Part shown: piece after piece, positions 47,213 through 57,671 of the stretch | How the letters are laid out: the number at the start of each line of letters is the position of its first letter | Position numbering within the stretch: position 1 is the stretch's first letter | Virus record (IMG/VR): IMGVR_UViG_3300002220_000189 | Location: 1-64,000 of that record | DNA: 64,000 bases | Reading direction: 5' to 3' (one strand) | From: a virus | Lineage: Duplodnaviria > Caudoviricetes | Notes under the pieces: model-generated | Told to the model about the DNA's origin: nothing | What the model saw: the letters and a program-made list of their open reading frames with translations, nothing else | Database searches by the model: none | Position numbers and translations under genes: made by a program

Positions 47213-48006
47213 TGTTAGCAGGATTATCTGTAATTAATTGTGAATTAACCAGTAGATGTAACAAAAACTGCTGGCATTGTGGAAGACGAGAAAGAGAACG
47301 ACTTTATGGTGATCAGGGGTATGGTGATATGCCATTACATATAGTTGGGTTGATAGCATCACAAATACCGCCAGGAATTATGGTTCAATTACATAGAGAT
47401 GGTGAACCACTTGTATATCCCGAATTTAGAAAAGCTGTAAAATTATTCAAGCACTGTATTACAAATATTGTATCTAATGGTAAATTGATAGTTGAAAAAT
47501 CTAATGAAATTATAAATAATTTAGATATTCTTACTATTTCTATAATTGAAGATGATGATTCTAATGAAAAATACTTTCAACTTCAACAGATTGAAAAGTT
47601 TTTAAAGATTAAAGGAGAAAAGAAGCCACATACAATATTGAGGTTTGTTGGTGATGTTGATGAAGAACCTTATAAAAAGTTTAATCTTCTCCATGTAAAC
47701 AGAACATTACATTTACCTAAAGGAAGTGTAGGATATAGAAAACAGCCAATTATACCAGAATATGGTATATGTTTAGATTTTCTAACGCATTTAGCAATAG
47801 ACAGACATGGTAATGTAAGTATGTGTGTACGTTTTGATCCAGAGGGAGAATTGAGACTAGGTAACATCACATATACAAAATTATCTATTTTATGGAACAG
47901 TGAAAAAAGATTATATTACAAAAAGAAATTTATTGAAGGAAAGCGAGATGAATTACCATTTTGTGGTAATAAATGCGAATTTTGGGGCTGTCCGATTGGG
48001 AGATAA
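47212..48006 (+). CDS. Radical SAM/SPASM protein
   Basis: ELTSRCNKNCWHC, GEPL, C-terminal C...G.VSMC...C..KC. Confidence 0.85.
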   Translation: MLAGLSVINCELTSRCNKNCWHCGRRERERLYGDQGYGDMPLHIVGLIASQIPPGIMVQLHRDGEPLVYPEFRKAVKLFKHCITNIVSNGKLIVEKSNEIINNLDILTISIIEDDDSNEKYFQLQQIEKFLKIKGEKKPHTILRFVGDVDEEPYKKFNLLHVNRTLHLPKGSVGYRKQPIIPEYGICLDFLTHLAIDRHGNVSMCVRFDPEGELRLGNITYTKLSILWNSEKRLYYKKKFIEGKRDELPFCGNKCEFWGCPIGR

Positions 48007-48284
48007 AAATGAAAAAGAAAAAAAAATCTAATGATGATTTACTTAAAATGTTAGATAATATCTCAGAATTTTTAGATAATGAAATAAAAGGAGTTAATGC
48101 ATCTTTACCACAAAGAGGTATGGATACGATGTCTGGAAAAAGATCATTATGTAATGTATTGATAGAGATATATTCTTCTACAGAAGATCAAAATATAAAA
48201 GACTTAGCAACAGAAGCAACAATGATGGCAAAAAAAATGACTAAAAAACTTGTAGAATATTATAAAAAAGAAAGAGGAAGATAG
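47973..48284 (+). CDS. Hypothetical protein (likely start 48009)
   Basis: GGGAG RBS. Confidence 0.5.
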   Translation: MRILGLSDWEIKMKKKKKSNDDLLKMLDNISEFLDNEIKGVNASLPQRGMDTMSGKRSLCNVLIEIYSSTEDQNIKDLATEATMMAKKMTKKLVEYYKKERGR

Positions 48285-49034
48285 ATGATATTACCGTTCA
48301 AGGAGTTATATAATAAAAAGAAAAGTCATATAGCTGTTTTTCTTGGTTCTGGAGCATCTGTAAATGATATAACTGAAGAACAATGGAGTATATTGACTAG
48401 ATTCGACTTGTGGGCTGTAAATAATTGGGTTTATCATCCATTTATAGTTCCAGATTTTTATCATATAGAAGTTAAAAAGTATGATGCGCTTATTGTAAAA
48501 GAAAGGCTTACAGAAAAATGGTCGAAATATAAAAATGTGAATTTTGTTATACCTAAACCAAAAGGAGAAAAATCACTTGTATTAGATACAATAGGGCATG
48601 AAAAACAGTCAAAAATTTATACATATGATTTTAATAAACGTGGTGCACATCCACTTCGTAGTTCTGCACAAATAATTGATGCTAATTATGATGTTAAATC
48701 ACCGATATTAATAAAATCATATGATGCTTCTGTAACTCTTTTAATTGATATGTTATATAAATTTGGTTATAAACATATTATTCTTGTTGGTGTTGATTTA
48801 TCAGATTCAAGATATTTTTGGACAGGTGGTGATTCAAAAGTATATGGTAGAGTACATCATCAATGGAATAAACAACATGAAGGAAAATCTCCAAATTCTC
48901 CACACAATACATTTCATGTTATATATTTTATTGTAGATTTTAATAATAGACATATGAAACCTAATAGAAAAGAGATTTTTATACAATCTAAAAAATCTTT
49001 ACTTTATAAATATATGAGACACATAGAAATTTAA
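48285..49034 (+). CDS. Maf/DUF115-like (sialyltransferase-like) protein
   Basis: FLGSGASV, AVN, FGYKHIILVGVD. Confidence 0.6.
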   Translation: MILPFKELYNKKKSHIAVFLGSGASVNDITEEQWSILTRFDLWAVNNWVYHPFIVPDFYHIEVKKYDALIVKERLTEKWSKYKNVNFVIPKPKGEKSLVLDTIGHEKQSKIYTYDFNKRGAHPLRSSAQIIDANYDVKSPILIKSYDASVTLLIDMLYKFGYKHIILVGVDLSDSRYFWTGGDSKVYGRVHHQWNKQHEGKSPNSPHNTFHVIYFIVDFNNRHMKPNRKEIFIQSKKSLLYKYMRHIEI

Positions 49035-49064
49035 TTAATAAATTAAAATGTTGAGAGACAGAAT

Positions 49065-49418
49065 ATGAAAAATATGGAAAATAAAAATATTGTTTTAAAA
49101 CCTTGGGGTAATGAAGAAATAATATATTCTGATGACAAATATACTATAAAAAAATTATTTATTAAACAAGGGCATAGAACTAGTTTACAATATCATGAAT
49201 ATAAACAAGAAACCATTTATGTTTTAAATGGTCATCTAAAAATAATTAGCAATACTGTAAATTTAGAATATATTATTTTATATCCAAATACCGGAATAAC
49301 TATTTTTCCTAATGAAATACACAGAATGGAAGGAATAACAGATGCTACTTATCTTGAATGTTCAACAAGTTTTTTAAATGATACAATTCGTCTTGAAGAT
49401 GATTATAATCGTGTATAA
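49065..49418 (+). CDS. Cupin (mannose-6-P isomerase type II-like)
   Basis: KPWG, SLQYH..KQET, HR, RLEDDYNR. Confidence 0.85.
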   Translation: MKNMENKNIVLKPWGNEEIIYSDDKYTIKKLFIKQGHRTSLQYHEYKQETIYVLNGHLKIISNTVNLEYIILYPNTGITIFPNEIHRMEGITDATYLECSTSFLNDTIRLEDDYNRV

Positions 49419-49464
49419 TTATAAGATTTTTTAAAAGGATGAATATTCAAAAATACGATAAAAT

Positions 49465-50088
49465 ATGAAATATAATAAACCAAATTCTTTGTATTATTAT
49501 AAAAATAATATAGCAAACGAATATATAAAAACCAGAGAAAGAAAAAAATCTTGGAAAAAAGAACAAGAAATTGTTGAGAAATATATTCAAATATTAAACA
49601 TTAAAAATGTTCTTGATGTACCATTTGGTACAGGAAGATTTGTATTACCATATTTAAAAAAGGGTCTTGATATTCATGGTATTGAAATTTCTGAAGATAT
49701 GATAAATGAAGCTAAAAAAATCTTAAAAAAAAACTTTTTATACTGTAATATTATACAAGGAAATTCTATAAATTTACCTTATAAAAATAATTCTTTTGAT
49801 TTTTTAGTTTGTACAAGATTTTTATCAGCTATTATTTCATTTTCTGATGTTAAAAAATCGTTAAAAGAATTTAGTAGAGTTACAAAAAAATATGCTTTAT
49901 TATTTATAGGACAAAGAAAAAACGATGATTTCAGAGAAAGATTACCTAATGATGATGAAAAAATGGATAAATGGTTATATCGTAAAGAAATTATTAAATT
50001 ATTACACGATTCAGATTTTGAAATTATTGAAGATACATATTCTGCAGATGATGCATATGCTTTTCTATGTAAAAGGAAATATAATTAA
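49465..50088 (+). CDS. Class I SAM methyltransferase
   Basis: VLDVPFGTGR, GIEIS..M, LPY.NNSFD. Confidence 0.85.
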   Translation: MKYNKPNSLYYYKNNIANEYIKTRERKKSWKKEQEIVEKYIQILNIKNVLDVPFGTGRFVLPYLKKGLDIHGIEISEDMINEAKKILKKNFLYCNIIQGNSINLPYKNNSFDFLVCTRFLSAIISFSDVKKSLKEFSRVTKKYALLFIGQRKNDDFRERLPNDDEKMDKWLYRKEIIKLLHDSDFEIIEDTYSADDAYAFLCKRKYN

Positions 50089-50726
50089 TGGCAAAAATAA
50101 TAGAAATAATGGGGTCTACTGCAATAGGGAAAACAACTATATATAAACATTTAACAACTATCTATAAACCTAATGAAATTTGTGATTATTATATACCGAA
50201 TTCTCCTCCATGCTTTCTAGATTCTTTTACATCAAAAGTAGAAAAATATGATATAAAACATTGGGGAAGATTAAAAAAATCAGGTATCAAATATGAAGAT
50301 ATATTACATTATAATAGATCAAAATATGTTATTGTAGATAAAAGAATTTATCATTATCTTTTTTCTATATTATTTTATTCAAATAAAAAAAATAATTTAA
50401 TAAGAAAATCTGATAATTTTATGAGAGAAAAATATGTAATAGAAAATTATGACGAAAATATTTTAAAAGAAATATTAAATGATTTTCCACAAATTCATGC
50501 TGTATTCAATTTAAAATGTGATATCAATGAAATATTAAGAAGAGAAAATGAAAGAAAAAGAGATCAAGAAGTTAATTTAGAAATATTAGAAACAACAATA
50601 AATTATATTGATCTAATATGTAATTTTTTAAAAAATAATAATGTTCTAGTATATGAAATTGATACCAGTATTGAAAAAGAAATAAATGCTGATAAAATAA
50701 AAAAAATATTAATGGAAGCAATATAA
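50088..50726 (+). CDS. P-loop (NMP-like) kinase
   Basis: IEIMGSTAIGKTT, R..ER. Confidence 0.65.
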   Translation: MAKIIEIMGSTAIGKTTIYKHLTTIYKPNEICDYYIPNSPPCFLDSFTSKVEKYDIKHWGRLKKSGIKYEDILHYNRSKYVIVDKRIYHYLFSILFYSNKKNNLIRKSDNFMREKYVIENYDENILKEILNDFPQIHAVFNLKCDINEILRRENERKRDQEVNLEILETTINYIDLICNFLKNNNVLVYEIDTSIEKEINADKIKKILMEAI

Positions 50727-50729
50727 AGG

Positions 50730-51197
50730 ATGGAAATGCAGAATAATATAAATTATCGTGTACTACTTACGACATCTGGCATAGGTTCAAGATTAGGAAC
50801 TGCTACCAAATATACGAATAAATCCCTTGTAACTGTTGGTGATAGAGCGGCTATCTCACAAATCATAGAATCTTATCCAGATGATATTGAAATTGTTATT
50901 ACTGTTGGATATTTTGGTGATCATGTGCGTGACTATGTTTCACTTGCATATCCTAATACTGTATTAGATATATGGGAGGAATTATTGACTGAAGAAAACT
51001 TAATTTATATTGAAGTTCCTACATATGATAGTATTGATATGAAACAAAGTTATTGGTTGGTTTATGAACATATGTCATATTTTAGTAAGTATTCGTTTCT
51101 TAAACTGATGAATGCAAAATTTAGAGAAGTCGAGTATGGTATACATAAAGATAATAATATATACTATATTGGTAGAAAAAGGAATAAAAAGATATGA
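50730..51197 (+). pseudogene. Chimeric ORF: sugar-nucleotidyltransferase N-terminus fused to methyltransferase C-terminus
   Basis: SGIGSRL...NKSL..VG, VGYFG then LL....IYIEVP...YEHMSYFS. Confidence 0.55.
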
Positions 51198-51211
51198 AAA
51201 TTAATGATTTT

Positions 51212-51219
51212 TATAAATA
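51212..51219 (+). promoter_or_regulatory. Late promoter upstream of neuB
   Basis: TATAAATA. Confidence 0.6.
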
Positions 51220-51255
51220 ATAACATCTAACAGTTATGATATTTAGGAGATACTC

Positions 51256-52089
51256 ATGAATAAGATTGAAATTATATGTGAAATTGGCATTAATGCAAAT
51301 GGAGATATTGAAATAGCAAAGAAACTTATTGATATTGCAGTATCAAACAATATTGATTATGTAAAATTTCAAAAAAGAGATATTGAAACATGCTATTCTA
51401 AAGAAGAATTGGATAAACCACGCGAATCACCTTGGGGTACAACAACAAGAGAACAAAAACAGGGATTAGAATTTTCACAAGACGATTATGATGAAATAGA
51501 TTGGTATTGTAATAAAAATAATATAAAATGGTTTACTTCAGTATGGGATATTCCTTCAGTAGATTTTATGTGTGATTATTGTATACCATATATTAAAATT
51601 CCATCGGCAATGATAACACATAAAGAACTTCTTAAATATATTAGTGAGAAAAATTTTCCTGTAATAATGTCAACAGGGATGAGTACAAAAAAAGAAGTTG
51701 ATGTTGCTCTTAATATTCTTGGTAAAAAAGTAGAAATCTTGTTACATACAACTTCCATATATCCTGCTAAACTCAATGAAATAAATCTTAAAAAGATTGT
51801 TACATTAAAAAAAGAATATGGTAAAAAATATAAAATCGGATACTCTAATCATTCACCTTCTGTTATGGCTGTAATGATAGCAGCTGGATTAGGAGCTGAA
51901 GTAATAGAATTTCATATAACATTAGATCGTTCTATGTATGGAACAGATCAGTCGGCAGCTATTGAAAAAAGAGGTGTTGAAATGATTTCTGATTGGTTAA
52001 AAGATTTTCCTGAAGCAATGGGTGATGGAAAATGGAAAATATTTGATAAAGAATTAGAAGTGATGAAAAAATTAAGAAAATATTCTTGA
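51256..52089 (+). CDS. neuB: N-acylneuraminate (nonulosonate) synthase
   Basis: EIGINANG, VKFQKR, KIPSA, STGMS, S.YP, GYSNH, EFHITLDR. Confidence 0.92.
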   Translation: MNKIEIICEIGINANGDIEIAKKLIDIAVSNNIDYVKFQKRDIETCYSKEELDKPRESPWGTTTREQKQGLEFSQDDYDEIDWYCNKNNIKWFTSVWDIPSVDFMCDYCIPYIKIPSAMITHKELLKYISEKNFPVIMSTGMSTKKEVDVALNILGKKVEILLHTTSIYPAKLNEINLKKIVTLKKEYGKKYKIGYSNHSPSVMAVMIAAGLGAEVIEFHITLDRSMYGTDQSAAIEKRGVEMISDWLKDFPEAMGDGKWKIFDKELEVMKKLRKYS

Positions 52090-52114
52090 CATTTTATTAT
52101 AAATAGTGTATAAT
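52086..52114 (+). promoter_or_regulatory. Consensus sigma70 promoter (also contains TATAAATA)
   Basis: TTGACA-N17-TATAAT. Confidence 0.75.
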
Positions 52115-52135
52115 ATTATAAAAATTAGGAGAACT

Positions 52136-52300
52136 ATGATGTTTGAAGATTTATTTGACAATATATTGAAAGATAATGAAATAGATAAAGAAAGAAGTGG
52201 ATTTGAAGATGAATATTGGGATACTTGTGTAGGTGACAGTACATGGACTATATTTGATACACCAATAAAAGATCAAATTTGGTCTACTTTTACGAAATAG
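52136..52300 (+). CDS. Small acidic protein starting MMFEDLF
   Basis: AGGAG RBS; last + strand gene before the strand switch. Confidence 0.5.
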   Translation: MMFEDLFDNILKDNEIDKERSGFEDEYWDTCVGDSTWTIFDTPIKDQIWSTFTK

Positions 52301-52952
52301 ATAAAAATGGATGAATATATCGCTCATAGATAAGTTTCTTTGTTGTTATAAACTCATCCATTTTTCCTGCTGAAATATCATCCTTTGTACTCATAGCAAT
52401 AAAGCTTGTATCATAACATATACTGCCTATATAACCATGATTGTACATTTTTAACCACATTGCCCAATCTGAGAGTCTGTGAATATCTTCCTCCATCACA
52501 AATCCTCCAACATCTTCAATTGCCTTAATCCTATAAAGACTGTTAGAAGAAATATAATTATTTACTCTCAATTTATTTATATCATATTTCATTGGTGGGA
52601 ATGAAACATTAATAAATCCTTTATATGCAAAGGAACAATAAGAAAATCCAACATTTTCAGGCTGTTTTATAAGATGATTATACAATCTATCTAACATTTT
52701 TCTACCACATATAATATCTCTATCTAACACTTGAATATATTCTGGTAGTTTTCCAAATTGTGATTTATATTCATCTAAGCCTGCTTGAACATTAGCAGCA
52801 TGTTTTCTATTACTAGAAAATGAAATCCACTTATATTTTATTTTATTACTTTTGATTGATAATTTTGTTTCATGTGATATTTGATGTTCTGGAAGTAATG
52901 GCGAGATGATTAAAATAAGCGGATCAATACAATCTTTTATAATGCTAATCAT
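52290..52952 (-). CDS. GT2-like glycosyltransferase
   Basis: VLDRD, NNYISSNSL, RLSDWAMWL. Confidence 0.7.
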   Translation of the reverse strand: MISIIKDCIDPLILIISPLLPEHQISHETKLSIKSNKIKYKWISFSSNRKHAANVQAGLDEYKSQFGKLPEYIQVLDRDIICGRKMLDRLYNHLIKQPENVGFSYCSFAYKGFINVSFPPMKYDINKLRVNNYISSNSLYRIKAIEDVGGFVMEEDIHRLSDWAMWLKMYNHGYIGSICYDTSFIAMSTKDDISAGKMDEFITTKKLIYERYIHPFLSIS

Positions 52953-53247
52953 CTAACAAATTCACCACTTCTCTTTCAAGATTAGGAGCATCTGGTATAC
53001 TTACTTGTTCATCATATCCTATAAAATCAGCTGAAAATCTGTTTTTTTCAAAATTCAAATTAGATATTTTAAATTTTTTACCATCTAAATTAAGTATAGT
53101 ACTTATTTGTGGTAACTCATTTCCAGTTGCTGTAATTCTAAATTGAGATTCATTTACATATATAACTTTATATTTATTCTCTATTATTGATCCTATTGAT
53201 GGTAAAATAATTTTAGATATTTGCTTTTTAGAAATAAAATTTTTCAT
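52945..53247 (-). CDS. Hypothetical protein
   Basis: Coupled ORF. Confidence 0.5.
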   Translation of the reverse strand: MKNFISKKQISKIILPSIGSIIENKYKVIYVNESQFRITATGNELPQISTILNLDGKKFKISNLNFEKNRFSADFIGYDEQVSIPDAPNLEREVVNLLDD

Positions 53248-53546
53248 TATAAGGGCGCCTTTTCTAAATATTTTCTTAGTTCATTTTCGAGTTTTTCCGA
53301 TTTTTTTAGTAATATTCTAAGATACGCACCGAAACCATTATCAGATATGGTCATCATTTCAGTACCCATTTTTATAATTTCTAGTGCTATCAAAGCATCA
53401 GCCAATTCTGATAATCTCATATATTCTTTAGTAATATTTTGTTCTTCAATATCTTTCAATGTTATACTTATTGAAGGTTTTATAGAAGAATAATTGCCTG
53501 TTGCAATTGTTAAGCTTCTACCTATTACGATGTCCATCTTACACAT
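53247..53546 (-). CDS. Hypothetical protein
   Basis: TGNYSSIK motif; coupled ORF. Confidence 0.5.
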   Translation of the reverse strand: MCKMDIVIGRSLTIATGNYSSIKPSISITLKDIEEQNITKEYMRLSELADALIALEIIKMGTEMMTISDNGFGAYLRILLKKSEKLENELRKYLEKAPL

Positions 53547-54459
53547 TATATTTTCTCCTTTTCCACCACCATTGTATTGTTGTTTGAGGTATTTTCATTA
53601 TTTTAGAAATATCTTTGAACATTATTCCTTTTTTTCTGTATTGTATTGAGTCTATTTGTTGTTTATTTGTATATTGTGATATTTTTATGTCTTTACACCA
53701 ATGTCTCATATTTCGTATATCATTGATGTTCATTATTTTGGATATTTCTTTAAAAGACATTCCTGTTCTTCTATAATTTTTAACCTTTTCTACTATTTCA
53801 TTAGAATATTTTTTACTTAAATGTTTAATTTTTATATCTTTACACCAATCATTCATTGTACCAGTATTTATATTCATTATATCTGAAATTTTTTCAAATG
53901 TCAACCCATTTTTTCGATATTCTCTAACTTTTTCTATTTGACTATCTGTATATTTTCTTACTTTTTCACGCCATTTTTTAATTGTTTCATCAGATGGATG
54001 TTTTCCATATCGGTGATTGTTTTTACCCAACATTTTTTTACTTAATTCTTTTTTATTTCTCTCTGCACCTTCTATACCTCTAATTTCATCCCATGTTTTA
54101 CCTTTTTTGGCATTACACATTTTTAATTTTGTTTCTTCTGAATGATAATAACCTCGGTTTCCGAGACATTTTTTTAGTCTATTATATCCACCTTCAGTAT
54201 AATGTGTGTGATGTAATACAATCATTTCCTCTTCTGTTTTGTTGAGATCTTTATATGGCACATTCTTATAAAGGATTTCCCATGTAAAGTTATCAAAACC
54301 AAAATCACGAATGGCTTGATGAAATAACATACATCTAGTTTTTGATTGACTTTTGTGTTCTTTTTTTCTTTTTTTCATTGGATAAGTTGTCTGGCCTATA
54401 TACCCACAGCCATTGACTTTATTGGTTGCTTTATAAATTATTCCAAAATGTTTGTTCAT
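53539..54459 (-). CDS. GIY-YIG homing endonuclease with NUMOD3 and HTH repeats
   Basis: GIIYKATN..YIGQT, GGYN; late promoter TATAAATA at 54497-54490 on -. Confidence 0.88.
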   Translation of the reverse strand: MNKHFGIIYKATNKVNGCGYIGQTTYPMKKRKKEHKSQSKTRCMLFHQAIRDFGFDNFTWEILYKNVPYKDLNKTEEEMIVLHHTHYTEGGYNRLKKCLGNRGYYHSEETKLKMCNAKKGKTWDEIRGIEGAERNKKELSKKMLGKNNHRYGKHPSDETIKKWREKVRKYTDSQIEKVREYRKNGLTFEKISDIMNINTGTMNDWCKDIKIKHLSKKYSNEIVEKVKNYRRTGMSFKEISKIMNINDIRNMRHWCKDIKISQYTNKQQIDSIQYRKKGIMFKDISKIMKIPQTTIQWWWKRRKYNV

Positions 54460-54619
54460 TTTGTAATTCCTATAAATATGTTCTATATCTATTTATAAAA
54501 ATTATATTATTTATGACAATTTTTATTAATAGTGATATCTCTACTAAGAGATATATCCATTTTATTCGACATATTGAATCCTTTCTTTACATAATTTTAA
54601 TTAGTATATCATAAATCAA

Positions 54620-55072
54620 TTATTTTGTAAATCTTAAAATAACTGTTCCTGTTTGTTTATGATATTCTAATTTATAACCATCTTTTAGTTTTCTGTATAT
54701 AGGAACTATCGGTGTTTTAGTAATTTGTAATGTCCCATGTTCTTCAAAAGGTAACTTAGGTTCACAATTTGATTCTTGAACAGGTTCTGGATCATATGTT
54801 GTATATTCCGGTTCATATTGTGTATCAAATACTTTTCCAGAATCATCAGGTTCTTCTTTAGGTCGATTATTATAACCGCTAGTACCACTTTTACCACTTT
54901 TACCACTTTTACCACTAGTTGGGACACTTTTACCACTAGTACAACCAGTTGGAATACAAGTTGAACCATCAGTCTTTTTTTCTTTTTCTTTTTCTTTAAA
55001 ATCTAATGTTGTTTGCCCAAATGGTTTTTTATTACAATTTTCTTTTTTTTCATATATTAAATCATCAAACAT
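54620..55072 (-). CDS. Low-complexity protein starting MFDDLIY (SGK repeats)
   Basis: GGAG RBS; TSGKSGKSGKSGTSG. Confidence 0.5.
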   Translation of the reverse strand: MFDDLIYEKKENCNKKPFGQTTLDFKEKEKEKKTDGSTCIPTGCTSGKSVPTSGKSGKSGKSGTSGYNNRPKEEPDDSGKVFDTQYEPEYTTYDPEPVQESNCEPKLPFEEHGTLQITKTPIVPIYRKLKDGYKLEYHKQTGTVILRFTK

Positions 55073-55195
55073 TTTTTCTCCTGTTTTATAATTATTTACT
55101 TTTCATTAATAAATTATAAACCTTTAATAGTACTTTTTCATTAAAAATTTGTAATTTAGTATTTAAACCTTCGAGTAACTTCAATTTTTCAATAA

Positions 55196-55378
55196 TTACA
55201 ATACGTTCTTTTTTATGATTTCTAAAACTTCCTTATCATTAAAAATTTCTATATCAATATTTTTAATTTTATCATCCATTTCATTAATAGAAATATTGAT
55301 TGAAAATAATTCATTTTGTAGTTCTTCTACTTTTAAATCAAAATCTTTATATTCATTATATATTAAATCATCAAACAT
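55196..55378 (-). CDS. Small coiled-coil protein starting MFDDLIY
   Basis: GAGGAAGG RBS. Confidence 0.5.
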   Translation of the reverse strand: MFDDLIYNEYKDFDLKVEELQNELFSINISINEMDDKIKNIDIEIFNDKEVLEIIKKNVL

Positions 55379-55551
55379 TTTTCCTTCCTCGTTTTATATT
55401 CATTTATAGTTTCACATTTACAACATTTTATATTATACAGAATCGCTAAACCACATTTTTTACAATATGTAAAATTACAACCCCAACAAGGTTCACCATT
55501 ATCTAAAAAACCCATATTTTCACCACAAATTAAACAACCTAATTCATTCAT
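55363..55551 (-). CDS. Small Cys-rich protein
   Basis: Four CxxC pairs. Confidence 0.5.
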   Translation of the reverse strand: MNELGCLICGENMGFLDNGEPCWGCNFTYCKKCGLAILYNIKCCKCETINEYKTRKEKCLMI

Positions 55552-55712
55552 CTTTAACTCTTTTCAACGGTGAAATTAATTCTTTTGATAATACATCACA
55601 AATTCTTCTTTGTATTTCATTAATTTCCCAAAATTGTTCACATGTTATTTCTAATTGTAATGAATATATGTTTTCCCATGCACTACCAGTAGCTTTTATA
55701 ACAGTAAATTTT

Positions 55713-56582
55713 TTAATATTCATTATATTTATCCTTTTCTTTGTTTTCTTTTTTAGGTGCATCATTATAAAATGTGTTAGTCGCAGTAAAAATTTTAAAT
55801 GATCCATCAATATCTTGCTGTATATTTTTTCTATTATCCATATATGTTTTCACAGAAGTTGAGTGAGAATTCATAGCACTATCTAATGAATTAGTAGCTG
55901 TCATACCAGAATTTGTATAACCTAAAACTTGACTATTTCCCGATGTTCCTGAAACTCCAGATCTTCCTGAAACTCCATTTAATGGTGATGCGCCAACATA
56001 TCCTATATTAGCATTTTGTTGTGCAAAATACATTGTATTAGTACCTGCAATACCCAAATCTTTAGATACTTCATCAACATCAAAATTAGATCCAATAAAT
56101 GAAAATGTCCATCTGTTTGTTTCTTTCATTTTATTCATCAATTCTACTATCTTTTTTCCATTATATTCTTTAGAACTATTCTCACATCCATCTGTAATAA
56201 TAACAACTAAATATGAAGTCTTTATATCATCAGCATCTTCATCCATATTTAATTTATTAATAGTGGTACCAATAGCATCATATAATGCAGTTAAACCTCC
56301 TAATTTATAATCATCATCTTTCATATCTCTTACATTATTGATATCTTTTTTCCAAAAAATAGGTTTATCAACTACTGTTTCAAATGTCACTAATGATACT
56401 GTAGTTTTCATAGTACTAGATATTTCTTTTAAATCTTTTAACTGTCTATTAAATGCTCCGGGAACTTCAATTTGTAAAGTACTCATTGAACCAGATCTAT
56501 CTATAATCATTACTATATGATTAATTAAATCAGATTCTTTTACCTTTTCATTTACTTTTATAATTAAATCTTCAAAACTCAT
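55713..56582 (-). CDS. vWA domain protein
   Basis: IDRSGSM MIDAS, TALYDAIG, ITDGCENSS. Confidence 0.9.
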   Translation of the reverse strand: MSFEDLIIKVNEKVKESDLINHIVMIIDRSGSMSTLQIEVPGAFNRQLKDLKEISSTMKTTVSLVTFETVVDKPIFWKKDINNVRDMKDDDYKLGGLTALYDAIGTTINKLNMDEDADDIKTSYLVVIITDGCENSSKEYNGKKIVELMNKMKETNRWTFSFIGSNFDVDEVSKDLGIAGTNTMYFAQQNANIGYVGASPLNGVSGRSGVSGTSGNSQVLGYTNSGMTATNSLDSAMNSHSTSVKTYMDNRKNIQQDIDGSFKIFTATNTFYNDAPKKENKEKDKYNEY

Positions 56583-56766
56583 TTACATCATCCCTCCTTA
56601 TACACTTATCCCCATAAAGTTCAATCGCTGCTTCATAGGATTTTTTCTTCTCATCATCTAAAATTTCGGCAAATACTTCTGCCAATTCGGGTATCATAAC
56701 TAATTTTTCGGTAGTTGGTTTACACCATGCTTGTGCAGCTCTTTGTAAAGAATATTCTGTTGGCAT
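56572..56766 (-). CDS. Hypothetical protein
   Basis: AAQAWC..T..LVMIPELAEVFAEIL. Confidence 0.55.
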   Translation of the reverse strand: MPTEYSLQRAAQAWCKPTTEKLVMIPELAEVFAEILDDEKKKSYEAAIELYGDKCIRRDDVNEF

Positions 56767-57671
56767 TATAATTCCCCCTTTATTATTTGTGCTGTATATT
56801 CTACATTCATTTCAGGATAAAACATCTCAATTTCTTGATATATATTATATATAAGACCTAAATATACATCATTATAATTCATCCCAATATACCAACTTAA
56901 ATCTTCTGGACTTATTATAATTCCTTTTAAACTAGCATAATATCTATGTTCAATAGGTAATAATGGAATACATCCTTTATTTAATGCGGTAAAAAATGTT
57001 GGATCAATATATCCGTCCTTATATTCAGGATTAGAACCTATTATAATAGTAAATCTTGCACTATCATAATCATCTTCTGTAGCATTGACTGAAAATGATT
57101 TATATTCATTAATTTTATTTGATATAATATTTTTACTATTATAACATATCAAATTTTTATGATATATTTTAGCGGATTCTACATAATAATTATCAAATGC
57201 TTTTATTCTATCTGATAATAACCTACCTTTATATAATAGAGTAATTTTTCTTTCATGATCATCAATTTCTATTTCTGAAAGAGTTTTTATTTTAGTCCAT
57301 AATGGTAAATAACGAAAACCAGATCTTAAATGAATAGATGGTTCAAAAAGTTTTACATTCATTTTTTTAAACCAATCAACTTCTTTGTTAGTTAATCCTC
57401 TAAATTTATCAAATATTATTGTCGGTATTTTCTTTTTAGTAGTATATTTTTCAATAATATCTACTTGTTTTAATAATTTATTAGCACTATTTTTATCATA
57501 TGTAGGTATCCAATCAATAAAAATGGCTTTAATATTACTATCAAAGCCATCTTCTATTTCAGTTACTTTTATAGATTTTGCTAATTCTCTGGATAACACA
57601 TAGTCAACATTGAACAATCCTAACATACTTAAAATCCTGAGAAAAGTATTTCTTCTATAGTTGTTCTCCAA
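56766..57671 (-). CDS. GT-B fold protein (resembles the C-terminal lobe of beta-glucosyltransferase/CgeB-type GTs)
   Basis: LLYKG, ARFTIIIG..EY..GYI...F.AL..GCIPL. Confidence 0.4.
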   Translation of the reverse strand: MENNYRRNTFLRILSMLGLFNVDYVLSRELAKSIKVTEIEDGFDSNIKAIFIDWIPTYDKNSANKLLKQVDIIEKYTTKKKIPTIIFDKFRGLTNKEVDWFKKMNVKLFEPSIHLRSGFRYLPLWTKIKTLSEIEIDDHERKITLLYKGRLLSDRIKAFDNYYVESAKIYHKNLICYNSKNIISNKINEYKSFSVNATEDDYDSARFTIIIGSNPEYKDGYIDPTFFTALNKGCIPLLPIEHRYYASLKGIIISPEDLSWYIGMNYNDVYLGLIYNIYQEIEMFYPEMNVEYTAQIIKGEL

